Below are positions 55,501 through 64,000 of a DNA stretch of 64,000 bases, one piece after another (the stretch's first letter is position 1; the number at the start of each line of letters is the position of its first letter). Location of the stretch: assembly GCA_001821395.1 (NCBI GenBank), contig MHLM01000001.1, positions 1 through 64,000 on the forward strand, in the 5' to 3' direction. The stretch is from Candidatus Lloydbacteria bacterium RIFCSPHIGHO2_02_FULL_50_18. GTDB lineage: Bacteria; Patescibacteriota; Minisyncoccia; Phycocordibacterales; UBA6899. A program made the translations under genes and the position numbers. Below the pieces are notes generated by a model. It was not told the DNA's origin, made no database searches, and saw only the letters and a program-made list of their open reading frames with translations.

Positions 55501-56127
55501 ATGTCTGATGCAAAATGTAAAATATGCCGACGTGCAGGAGAAAAACTTTTTTTGAAGGGTGATAAGTGCTTTACCGCAAAATGTATTTTTGAAAAACGTC
55601 CTACCCCTCCCGGAAAACCGATCAGTGAGCGCAAGCACCGCAGTATGGTGACCGAATACGGCACACAGCTGAAAGAGAAGCAGAAGATTCGCAATACCTA
55701 TGGTGTTTCGGAAAAGCAATTCCGTACCTATGTTATCAACTCGACCAGCGAGAAGGGTTCCCCGGTTGACCATTTATTTGAGAACCTAGAACGTCGTCTT
55801 GATAATGTCGTCTACCGACTTGGCTATGCCGTTAATCGTACTCAGGCCCGCCAAATGGTCTCTCACGGTCATTTCGTTATCGGAAAAAGGAAGATTACCA
55901 TCCCGTCATATCGCGTATCCACCGGAGAGGTGATCGTCGTTCGTGAGGGAAGTAGGAAATCTCCACTTTTCACTGGTGCATCCGAGAAATTATCGAAGCA
56001 TTCCGCACCCGCGTGGCTTTCAACCGATCCTGTCAAACTCACTGCTGAAGTTAAGGGTGTACCAAAGTACAGTAAAGACGCACTCAGCTTTAACGTTCAA
56101 TCCGTAATTGAGTTCTACAGTCGCTAG
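55501..56127 (+). CDS. rpsD: 30S ribosomal protein S4 (with N-terminal zinc ribbon)
   Basis: CKICRRAGEKLFLKGDKCFTAKC and the S4 RNA-binding domain. Confidence 0.97.
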   Translation: MSDAKCKICRRAGEKLFLKGDKCFTAKCIFEKRPTPPGKPISERKHRSMVTEYGTQLKEKQKIRNTYGVSEKQFRTYVINSTSEKGSPVDHLFENLERRLDNVVYRLGYAVNRTQARQMVSHGHFVIGKRKITIPSYRVSTGEVIVVREGSRKSPLFTGASEKLSKHSAPAWLSTDPVKLTAEVKGVPKYSKDALSFNVQSVIEFYSR

Positions 56128-56209
56128 TCGTTGAAGTAGAAGTATTGTATAATGTTTTGTCGAGGATCTATCAAAAGCTATCGTTATTAAGCCATAATCG
56201 CCAATTGCC

Positions 56210-57184
56210 ATGCCTGACTACAATGTCGCGTTGCCATCGAAGCCAAAACCTATCCGCGAGGAGGGTTCTATGGGAGTGTACGAGATAGAGGGACTTTACC
56301 CGGGTTACGGTCATACGCTCGGAAACTCTCTGCGCCGTATCATCCTTTCTTCGCTTCCCGGTGCTGCGCTTACATCACTGAAGATTGATGGCGTTTTGCA
56401 CGAATTTTCCACGATCGAAGGGATCAAGGAGGACGTCATAACGTTGATCCTTAATCTGAAAAAAGTACGCATCAAGATGCTTACCGATGAGCCCCAGACC
56501 ATCACGCTTTCGCTCAAGGGCGCAAAGAAGGTGACCGCCGGAGATATCACGATCAACGGTCAGGTGGAGATATTGAATCCTGAGCAATACATCTGTGAAA
56601 TGACCGATAAGAATGCGGTTGTGAATGCAGAGATGAAAGTTGAAAAAGGACTCGGCTATCTTGCAAAGGAGTCGATTCAGAAGGAGAAGGTTGAGATCGG
56701 AACGATCGCGCTTGATGCGGCATTTACCCCTATTCGACGAGTCAATTACGAAGTGGAGACGATGCGTGTTGGAGATCGCACTGATTACAATCGTCTGAAG
56801 ATCACAATCGAGACCGATGGAACACTCACTCCGCGCTCGGCTGTTGAGAACGCTATTGAGATCATGATTCATCAGTTGAAAGCGATCATCGGATTCAAGG
56901 AAGAGGAACTGATCAAGGAAGAGGTTCACGAGGTCACGGAGGAGTCCCATGAATCGACGGAGGGTGAGGGTGGAGTGGATACGGAGTTCTTGAAAACTCG
57001 CATCGACTCGCTTGATCTTTCTGCCCGAACCCAGAACGCACTCACCGGAGCAAATATCCGTACCGTAGGAGGGCTTGTTCGTAAAAAGGAAGAGGATCTC
57101 ATGGACCTCGACGGACTCGGAGAGAAAGGAGTCCAGGAGATCAAGCGCGCCCTATCGAACTTCGGCGTCACCCTAAAACAATAA
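56210..57184 (+). CDS. rpoA: DNA-directed RNA polymerase subunit alpha
   Basis: [22 protein letters not shown] N-terminal domain signature and a C-terminal domain. Start could be the ATG at ~56270. Confidence 0.95.
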   Translation: [324 protein letters not shown]

Positions 57185-57219
57185 TAGCGATTAACCAGTA
57201 GTCATTACCAAACACGCGT

Positions 57220-57579
57220 ATGAGACATCACAACAAAAACAAGAAATTCGGACGACAGGCAGGAGTACGTGAGGCACTCATGCGCTCTTTGGTGCTTTCG
57301 CTCTTGACGCATGAGAAGATAATGACTTCAGAGGCAAAGGCTAAGGCGCTTCGACCAATGGTTGAAAAGATGATCACCAAGGCTCGTGAGGGCGGAATAC
57401 CGGTGGTTCGTCTCATCAAGTCACGTCTGTACAACAACACCGATATCACCAACAAGCTCGTGAAGGAGATCGCCCCAAGATACAAAGACCGAAAGGGAGG
57501 ATATACGCGTATCACGAAGATCGGTTCACGAAGCGGCCGTGGTGATGCAAGTCCGCTTGCGACGATCGAACTTATTTAA
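57220..57579 (+). CDS. rplQ: 50S ribosomal protein L17
   Basis: MRHHNKNKKFGRQAGVREALMRSL N-terminus. Confidence 0.95.
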   Translation: MRHHNKNKKFGRQAGVREALMRSLVLSLLTHEKIMTSEAKAKALRPMVEKMITKAREGGIPVVRLIKSRLYNNTDITNKLVKEIAPRYKDRKGGYTRITKIGSRSGRGDASPLATIELI

Positions 57580-57604
57580 TATTTCTTACCAAAAGAACAC
57601 CATC

Positions 57605-57949
57605 ATGGAACATGTCATAGACGCAACAGGAAGAGCTCTCGGACGAGTCGCAAGTGAAGCGGCGTCGGTACTTTTGGCTAAGAACACCACTTCTGGCGCG
57701 AAGAACGTCGTTGCAAACGTCACCGTGCGAGTGAAGAACGCAAGCGCGCTCTCGATCTCAGACAAAAAGATGAAGCAAAAGACCTATCATAGCCATAGTG
57801 GCTACCTTGGTAGTGATCGGGCACTTACGCTTAGTCATATCATTGAAAAAAAGGGTCACGGAGAAGCGATCATTCGCGCAGTGAAAGGAATGCTCCCAAC
57901 AAATACACTACGGGACAAGAGGCTTAAACATTTAATTATTGAAGACTAA
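57605..57949 (+). CDS. rplM: 50S ribosomal protein L13 (short, ~115 aa)
   Basis: AIDATGRALGRVASEAA...KTYHSHSGYLG...GMLPTN. ORF 57539 trimmed to MEHVID. Confidence 0.9.
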   Translation: MEHVIDATGRALGRVASEAASVLLAKNTTSGAKNVVANVTVRVKNASALSISDKKMKQKTYHSHSGYLGSDRALTLSHIIEKKGHGEAIIRAVKGMLPTNTLRDKRLKHLIIED

Positions 57950-57953
57950 ACGT

Positions 57954-58415
57954 ATGCCAACAGCAGCAACACCAAAACCAAAGGCAGCAGCAAAGCCCGC
58001 AACGAAGGCGGCTGCGAAGGGTACCGCAAGATACATTGAAGCAGTGGGTCGCCGAAAGACCGCTATCGCTCGTGTTCGGGCAACGGAATCTTCAAAGAAC
58101 TCATTCAAGATCAATGACCGTACTCTTGAGAGCTATTTTGGCACAATGGAACTTCAGTCAATTGTGAACGCGCCGCTTGATCGCGAAGGATTCGTCGTGA
58201 AGTATGCGGTGACCGTCAAGGTCGTCGGAGGGGGAACACACGCTCAGGCAGAGGCAATCCGCCACGGTCTTTCCCGTATCATCGTTATGGAGGATGCGGA
58301 ACAGAAGGCAGAGCTCAAGAAACTCGGATTCATCAGACGCGACCCTCGTAAGGCAGAGCGCAAGCATTTCGGGCTCAAGAAGGCTCGCAAGGCGTCACAG
58401 TGGAGTAAGCGTTAA
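57954..58415 (+). CDS. rpsI: 30S ribosomal protein S9 (with Lys/Ala/Pro-rich N-terminal extension)
   Basis: GRRKTAIARVR...GGGTHAQAEAIRHGLSR...KKARKASQWSKR. Confidence 0.95.
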   Translation: MPTAATPKPKAAAKPATKAAAKGTARYIEAVGRRKTAIARVRATESSKNSFKINDRTLESYFGTMELQSIVNAPLDREGFVVKYAVTVKVVGGGTHAQAEAIRHGLSRIIVMEDAEQKAELKKLGFIRRDPRKAERKHFGLKKARKASQWSKR

Positions 58416-58439
58416 TACACAGCGTATTTTATCGAAGAA

Positions 58440-58465
58440 CTCCTCAAAAAGGAGTTTTTTGATTT
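58440..58465 (+). terminator. Rho-independent terminator after rpsI
   Basis: GAACTCCT-caaaa-AGGAGTTTTTTG. Confidence 0.7.
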
Positions 58466-58496
58466 TCATTATTTTTTTTGCTACACTCAACACATT

Positions 58497-59135
58497 ATGG
58501 ACGATAAACAACAAACTGGTTCTGACGACCGCACGACGCAAGACTTTCCATTAGGTGGAGGGGTAGATATCGTCGGAAGCGATGACGTTGCCGACGATGT
58601 ACAGATAGAATCATACAATGACGACGTAGACGGAGGCGGAGAAATGACTCCTCGTGATCACATCAAGCTGTTGCGCGAGAAACTGCGCGAGTCGAACGCG
58701 TTAAAACAAGAGTACCTCGACGGATGGCAGCGGCTAAAAGCGGACTGCGTCAATTACAAAAAGCGTGAAGAAGAGGGGAAGGGAGAATTCCTCAAATTCG
58801 CCCGCGAAGGAATCATTACCGACCTGCTTCCGGTGTTAGAGAGTTTTCATATGGCATTTTCGAACAAGGAAGCATGGGGTAAAGTTGACCCCTCCTGGAG
58901 GACTGGCGTTGAGTACATTCACACCCAATTGCTGCAAGTGCTTGCGGGGCACGGCCTCACTCAAGTGGACCCTATCGGTGCCGTATTTGACCCAAATGAG
59001 CATACTTCTATCGGAACGGTGCCGACAGATGATTCGTCGCTTGATCACAAGGTGGCGGAGGTAGCACAGTTGGGGTACCGACTTTCCGGCAAGCTGATCC
59101 GATCTCCAAGAGTGAAAATTTATACCCAAGGATAA
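58497..59135 (+). CDS. grpE: Nucleotide exchange factor GrpE
   Basis: Long N-terminal helix, then the GrpE core (DLLPVLESFHMAF...DPNEH). Confidence 0.95.
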   Translation: MDDKQQTGSDDRTTQDFPLGGGVDIVGSDDVADDVQIESYNDDVDGGGEMTPRDHIKLLREKLRESNALKQEYLDGWQRLKADCVNYKKREEEGKGEFLKFAREGIITDLLPVLESFHMAFSNKEAWGKVDPSWRTGVEYIHTQLLQVLAGHGLTQVDPIGAVFDPNEHTSIGTVPTDDSSLDHKVAEVAQLGYRLSGKLIRSPRVKIYTQG

Positions 59136-59237
59136 CATCATGCAACCTTTTGGAGAAAGCGCAAGTAACAGTGTGTACTCAACGTAATGTTCAAGTTTAT
59201 TTAGCAATACTATTCATAAGCTCACATTCAAACATAT

Positions 59238-61127
59238 ATGGCAAAAGTACTCGGAATTGACTTAGGAACGACAAATTCAGCAATGGCGATCGTCGAAGCG
59301 GGAGAGCCGAAGATCGTCGAAAATATCGAAGGTGTACGAACGACGCCGTCTATTGTCGCACTCTCGAAAACAGGGGAGCGCTTGGTCGGTTTGACCGCAA
59401 AACGTCAGGCGGTAACAAATCCTGAGAACACGCTTTATGAGATAAAGCGCTTGATCGGACATAGCTTCGAAGAGGAGTCTGTGCAGCGTGATCAAAAAGT
59501 AGTCCCGTTCAAGATCGAACAGGGAGACAACAATGGTGTAAAGGTAAAGATGGGCGACAAGTCTTTCCGCCCTGAAGAGATCTCTGCAATGGTGCTTTCG
59601 AAATTGAAGGCTGACGCGGAAGCAAAGCTCGGCGAAACGATCACCGATGCCGTCATTACTGTTCCGGCATACTTCAACGATGCACAGCGTCAGGCGACCA
59701 AAGATGCCGGTACGATTGCGGGCTTCAATGTCCTTCGTATCATCAATGAACCCACTGCGGCGGCACTTGCATACGGCTTTGATAAGAAAAAGAACGAGAA
59801 GATCGTTGTGTACGATTTTGGCGGCGGAACGTTCGACGTTTCGGTACTTGAGGTTGGTGACGATGTGATCGAGGTCAAATCGACCGACGGTGATAGTCAC
59901 ATGGGTGGAGGTGATATCGACCAAAAGATCATGGCGTGGATCGTTTCAGAGTTTAAGAAGGAATCCGGGATCGACGTATCAAAAGACATGCTTGCGACAC
60001 AGCGCCTGAAGGAGGCTGCGGAGAAGACGAAACACGAGCTATCAAATATTCCGGAATCAGAGATCAATATCCCGTTCATTACCTCAAACGCCGACGGGCC
60101 AAAGCATTTGTTGCTGAAGATGTCGCGTGCCAAACTCGAAGAACTCGCGATGGAGTATGTCGATCGATCGATCGAGATCACCAAGCGTGCGCTTGATGCG
60201 TCCGGACTCAAGGTGGGGGACATCAATGAGATACTTCTTGTCGGTGGACAGACGCGCATGCCGCTCATGATCGCACGAGTAAAGGAGCTCTTCGGAAAGG
60301 AGCCAAATCGTACGATCAATCCGGACGAAGTCGTCGCTGTTGGCGCAGCGATCCAAGGAGGGATATTGAAGGGTGACGTGAAAGATATACTTTTGCTTGA
60401 TGTCATTCCACTTTCATTCGGAATCGAAACCATGGGTGGCATTGCTACGAAGCTGATCGAACGAAACACAACGATTCCCGCGTCGCGCTCTCAGATATTT
60501 TCAACGGCAGCAGATAATCAAACTTCAGTCGAAGTGCACGTCTACCAAGGTGAGCGCGGAATGGCCGCAGACAATAAGTCGCTTGGCCGGTTCATTCTTG
60601 ATGGTATTCCACCCGCACCGCGCGGAATGCCTCAGGTTGAGGTGACCTTTGACGTGGACGTTAACGGAATTCTCTCAGTGAAGGCTAAAGATAAAACATC
60701 AGGAAAGGAACAATCGATCCGTATCGAAGCACGCTCATCATTGTCCAAAGATGATATCGAACGCATGAAGAAAGAAGCTGAGGTTCATGCTGATGATGAC
60801 AAAAAGAAACAGGAGGCGGTTGAAGTAAAAAATATCGCTGAGACCCTCGTCTACACTGCAGAAAAAGCACTCAAAGATAACGGGGATAAAATTCCCGCTG
60901 ACATTAAGGCTGACGTCGAGGTAAAGATCGCTGAAGTCAAAAATGTCAAAGATGGTACCGATGTGGAGGCGACAAAGAAGGCAACCGAAGAGCTTTCCTC
61001 GCATATGCAGAAGATCGGCGAAGCAATGGCAAAACAAGCCAGTACCACGGAAGGTGCACCGCAGACACCACCGGAGGGCGGCGAGGCGGCGGGAACTGCA
61101 CCCGAAGGCACCGTGCACGACGTCTAG
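59238..61127 (+). CDS. dnaK: Chaperone DnaK (Hsp70)
   Basis: [19 protein letters not shown] and VGGQTRMP Hsp70 signatures. Confidence 0.98.
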   Translation: MAKVLGIDLGTTNSAMAIVEAGEPKIVENIEGVRTTPSIVALSKTGERLVGLTAKRQAVTNPENTLYEIKRLIGHSFEEESVQRDQKVVPFKIEQGDNNGVKVKMGDKSFRPEEISAMVLSKLKADAEAKLGETITDAVITVPAYFNDAQRQATKDAGTIAGFNVLRIINEPTAAALAYGFDKKKNEKIVVYDFGGGTFDVSVLEVGDDVIEVKSTDGDSHMGGGDIDQKIMAWIVSEFKKESGIDVSKDMLATQRLKEAAEKTKHELSNIPESEINIPFITSNADGPKHLLLKMSRAKLEELAMEYVDRSIEITKRALDASGLKVGDINEILLVGGQTRMPLMIARVKELFGKEPNRTINPDEVVAVGAAIQGGILKGDVKDILLLDVIPLSFGIETMGGIATKLIERNTTIPASRSQIFSTAADNQTSVEVHVYQGERGMAADNKSLGRFILDGIPPAPRGMPQVEVTFDVDVNGILSVKAKDKTSGKEQSIRIEARSSLSKDDIERMKKEAEVHADDDKKKQEAVEVKNIAETLVYTAEKALKDNGDKIPADIKADVEVKIAEVKNVKDGTDVEATKKATEELSSHMQKIGEAMAKQASTTEGAPQTPPEGGEAAGTAPEGTVHDV

Positions 61128-61164
61128 GAGGAAGGAACGGTTAGGGAATAATATCCCTGAAAAG

Positions 61165-61192
61165 AAAAGTCGGACGCATGTCCGGCTTTTTG
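61165..61192 (+). terminator. Rho-independent terminator after dnaK
   Basis: AGTCGGAC-gcat-GTCCGGCTTTTT. Confidence 0.65.
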
Positions 61193-61225
61193 TGCTACAA
61201 AAAACGTCAGCATGAATAATATAGC

Positions 61226-61254
61226 TTGTCAAACATCGTCGATATCTGTATAAT
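61226..61254 (+). promoter_or_regulatory. Putative sigma-70 promoter for dnaJ, leaderless-type spacing
   Basis: TTGTCA - 17 nt - TATAAT, then 8 nt to the ATG at 61263. Confidence 0.5.
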
Positions 61255-61262
61255 GCTCCCGT

Positions 61263-62339
61263 ATGGCAAAAGACTATTACGAAATATTGGGTGTAGGGAA
61301 GACCGCCACGAAGGAAGAGCTGAAAAAGGCTTTTCACAAACTCGCGCATAAATATCATCCCGATAAAGCCGGTGGCAATGAAGCAAAGTTCAAAGAAATG
61401 AACGAGGCATATCAAGTGCTCTCCGACGAGTCAAAACGCAGTCAGTACGATCAGTATGGGAGCGCATCTTTCGATGGCGGAGGCCCACCTCCAGGAAGCG
61501 GATTTAGCGGGCAAGGGTACGGAGGCGGCGGATTCGAGGGGGTTGATCTCGGTGATATCTTCAATGACTTCTTCGGTGCGGGGTTCAACGGAGGTAGCGG
61601 GCAGCGCGTCGAACGCGGTCGGGATATTTCTGTTGATATAGAGATCTCATTTGAAGAAAGTATTTTTGGCACTAAACGCAAAGTGCTTCTCGGTAAAACC
61701 TCAACATGCGACATGTGCCATGGATCGGGCGCAAAACCAGGTACGAAGCTTAAGAAATGCGTAACGTGCAGCGGAAAAGGACGCGTCAATGAATTGCGAA
61801 AATCATTTCTTGGTACGTTCTCTACCGTAACAACCTGCAATGTCTGTAAAGGTATTGGAGAGATTCCCGAGGAGAAGTGTAAGTCATGCTCCGGATTGGG
61901 CGTGGTAAAAAAACAGGAAGAGATCGAGATCAATGTCCCCGTCGGTATCAATGCCGGCGAAATGCTTCGCATGAGCGGAAAGGGTGAGGCGGTCTCACGT
62001 GGAATTGCCGGGGACCTCTACATCAAAGTACACGTGAAGCCGCATGCACTCTATCATCGTGAAGGGAATAATTTGGTGATGGATCTTGATGTGAAACTCT
62101 CGGATGCACTTCTTGGTGCAACATACAAGATCACGGCGCTTGACGGGAAGCAGCTTGATGTGAAAATTCCGGAGGGCGTGAAATTCGGTGACACACTTCG
62201 GCTTAAGGAAAAAGGGATAGCGAATTCCGGCCGCGGCAGAACGGGCGATATTCTCATTCACGTGAACATCAAGACCCCCACCCGCCTTTCAAGTAAAGCA
62301 AAGAAACTCATTGAAGAATTGAAACAAGAGGGGGTATAA
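61263..62339 (+). CDS. dnaJ: Chaperone DnaJ (Hsp40)
   Basis: J-domain HPD (KYHPDKA), Gly/Phe-rich linker and four CxxCxGxG zinc-finger repeats. Confidence 0.97.
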   Translation: MAKDYYEILGVGKTATKEELKKAFHKLAHKYHPDKAGGNEAKFKEMNEAYQVLSDESKRSQYDQYGSASFDGGGPPPGSGFSGQGYGGGGFEGVDLGDIFNDFFGAGFNGGSGQRVERGRDISVDIEISFEESIFGTKRKVLLGKTSTCDMCHGSGAKPGTKLKKCVTCSGKGRVNELRKSFLGTFSTVTTCNVCKGIGEIPEEKCKSCSGLGVVKKQEEIEINVPVGINAGEMLRMSGKGEAVSRGIAGDLYIKVHVKPHALYHREGNNLVMDLDVKLSDALLGATYKITALDGKQLDVKIPEGVKFGDTLRLKEKGIANSGRGRTGDILIHVNIKTPTRLSSKAKKLIEELKQEGV

Positions 62340-62372
62340 TTGGTGTCTCTCAGTTGCATGCCCAGAAAGATC

Positions 62373-63434
62373 ATGACTACAAATATTCAAATCCTTCGCG
62401 ACGAAAATCTATCGGTATATCCTGAGTTCGATCAACATCGAAGAGTGGTCCGTTTTGAAGATTCGACATCCGGTCTTGTGGGATTCATTGCTATTCATCG
62501 CGAGCGTGGACCGCTTTCGACGGGCGGAACGCGATATGTGTCATATCCGAATGAGGCAGATGCGATCCGTGATGCCTTACGCCTCTCTCGTGCGATGACC
62601 GCAAAATGTGTCGTATCGGGATTACCCTATGGGGGTGCAAAGGGGGTGATCATGGCAAGACAGGGTGGAATACAGAAATCCAAAGAGCTCCTTGCTGCAT
62701 ACGCCGGCGTCGTTGAATCCTTAGGCGGAGCATTTCGTACGGGTGAAGATGTGGGAATGACCGAGCAAGACGTACAGATCCTGCTTTCCCATTCGAATTT
62801 TTTCAATGGAAAAAGCGATATCGCCGGAGACCCGTCTCCGTTTGCAGCTGAAAGCGTCGCCCTTGTGATGGATCGTATCTCCCAACTGCATCTCGGCGTA
62901 TCGCCCGAAAAGCTTCGCATAGCGGTGAAAGGGATCGGTAAGGTCGGCGGGGCGCTCGTGAAGATTCTTGCCGCTCAGGGTGCGAATGTCAGCATTGCCG
63001 ATGTGAACAAGGATGCGCTAGAGCAGGTCCGAGGTCTCTATCCCGCTATTGCTGAGATCTCTCCGGAAGAGATTGCGTTCACTGATTCAGATATTTATGC
63101 GCCGTGCGCGCTCGGAAATGAGGTGAATGAAGGAACCATCGATCGTTTTCAAGCGAAGATGCTCTGTGGCGGAGCGAATAATCAGCTGGCCGATCCGCGA
63201 TTCGCAAAGATCCTTGAGTCACACAACATCCTATATGTTCCCGATTATCTTGCAAATGCCGGCGGGCTGATCAACGTTTCGGACGAGCTTGAGCCTGACG
63301 GCTATCATCGCAACCGCGTTACGGAACGTATAAACGCGATCGGCACACTCGCCGAAAAGCTCTATCTCTCTTCTCGTAACAATACGCGGACATTCCTCGA
63401 AGAGGTTGAAGAATATGTACGCGCAAATGTATAA
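62373..63434 (+). CDS. Glu/Leu/Phe/Val-family amino-acid dehydrogenase (leucine/valine dehydrogenase-like, ~353 aa)
   Basis: Catalytic-lysine motif GLPYGGAKGV and Rossmann GIGKVGGALVKIL. ORF 62340 trimmed to MTTNIQ. Confidence 0.85.
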   Translation: MTTNIQILRDENLSVYPEFDQHRRVVRFEDSTSGLVGFIAIHRERGPLSTGGTRYVSYPNEADAIRDALRLSRAMTAKCVVSGLPYGGAKGVIMARQGGIQKSKELLAAYAGVVESLGGAFRTGEDVGMTEQDVQILLSHSNFFNGKSDIAGDPSPFAAESVALVMDRISQLHLGVSPEKLRIAVKGIGKVGGALVKILAAQGANVSIADVNKDALEQVRGLYPAIAEISPEEIAFTDSDIYAPCALGNEVNEGTIDRFQAKMLCGGANNQLADPRFAKILESHNILYVPDYLANAGGLINVSDELEPDGYHRNRVTERINAIGTLAEKLYLSSRNNTRTFLEEVEEYVRANV

Positions 63435-63450
63435 GAGATGAATTTTCATA

Positions 63451-64000
63451 TGGCACAAAAGATGAACACCGCGGAATTCCCCGATCTCGGCACATTGGAA
63501 GAGCAGGTACTGTTTGCATCGCATTATGCCGTTCGCGCTCCATCGACTCACAATTCGCAACCCTGGCTTTTCCGGATCGGGGCTAATACCGTCGAGGTCC
63601 ACGCAGACTGGGCAAAGAAATTACCCTATGGCGACAAGGACGGCAGAGATATGTGCATCAGCGTCGGCGCATGCATTGAACATACAAGGGTGGCATTCTC
63701 ATATTTTGGGATGCTTGAGGGTCTTGTCGTAAATGAAGCGGTCGTGCTTTCGGATAAAAAGCCGATCGCGATATTCATGGTCCATCGCTCGACGGGGACA
63801 GACGAGACATTGCTTCAGACCATATGTGCGATCGAAGGTCGCTTCAACGCACGAGGACCATTCCTCAAAAAAGAGATCCCCCACGCATTGTTACGCGGCA
63901 TTGAGGAGGCGAGCGAGCCGGGTATATCTTTTGCGATACTTACCGAACATGCGGACATAATGAGATTCGCAGACCTTACTGGAGAGGGAATGCGGGTGGC
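63451..64000 (+). CDS. Nitroreductase-family protein, 5' portion (runs off the window end)
   Basis: Unlisted open frame from the ATG at 63451 translating MAQKMNTAEFPDLGTLEEQVLFASHYAVRAPSTHNSQPWLFRI..., which matches the nitroreductase N-terminal S-x-N-x-QPW motif. No stop before 64000. Confidence 0.7.

Noticed and set aside
58416-59237. CIRCE/HrcA operator (TTAGCACTC-N9-GAGTGCTAA) upstream of grpE or dnaK
   Set aside because: Searched both leaders; no inverted repeat of that form is present. Only sigma-70-like -35/-10 boxes were found.
59277-61415. Long minus-strand ORFs (215, 190 and 225 aa) inside dnaK and into dnaJ
   Set aside because: They lie fully antisense to highly conserved chaperone genes, have no homology and no start-site signals. 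These are typical spurious antisense ORFs.

Overview
This 64 kb window is a housekeeping-dense, almost fully coding stretch of a bacterial genome read in the standard code (UGA is stop). Several proteins are conspicuously trimmed: AlaS without the C-Ala domain, a 132-aa ATP-synthase delta, a 77-aa epsilon and a 115-aa L13. Together with the rpoA-rplQ-rplM-rpsI order, this suggests a reduced-genome, Gram-positive-like lineage. Patescibacteria/CPR is an inference only. In order, the window holds: (1) the 3' part of a NuoL/M/N-MrpD-like antiporter subunit; (2) a divergent hypothetical gene; (3) an F1Fo ATP synthase operon atpB-E-F-H-A-G-[acidic ORF]-D-C with a strong terminator; (4) a membrane-anchored CAP/SCP-domain protein and a DUF805 protein; (5) a SAM-I riboswitch in front of metK; (6) a PIN-PhoH (PhoH2) gene; (7) a PAS sensor histidine kinase followed by three tandem single-domain receiver proteins and a small helical protein; (8) a Pat-type NDP-forming acyl-CoA synthetase/GNAT fusion transcribed divergently from (9) a giant 2923-aa cyclic beta-1,2-glucan synthase; (10) ychF and leuS; (11) a sigma-70-region-4/HARE-HTH protein followed by a conserved membrane hypothetical, mltG and murC; (12) a DnaQ-like exonuclease, mnmA, an FKBP, an ATP-cone/PD-(D/E)xK fusion, mgtC, galU, a CDF transporter, a PLD-like protein, pyrH, tsaC and alaS; (13) an actin-fold ATPase paired with a His-rich bitopic membrane protein; (14) infA-rpmJ-rpsM-rpsK-rpsD-rpoA-rplQ-rplM-rpsI, grpE-dnaK-dnaJ, an amino-acid dehydrogenase and a partial nitroreductase. 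I found no rRNA, tRNA, CRISPR array, transposase or integrase. Recurrent non-genic features are rho-independent terminators, -10 hexamers 6-10 nt from start codons (suggesting leaderless transcripts), and two ~60-nt duplications of gene 3' ends (metK and alaS).
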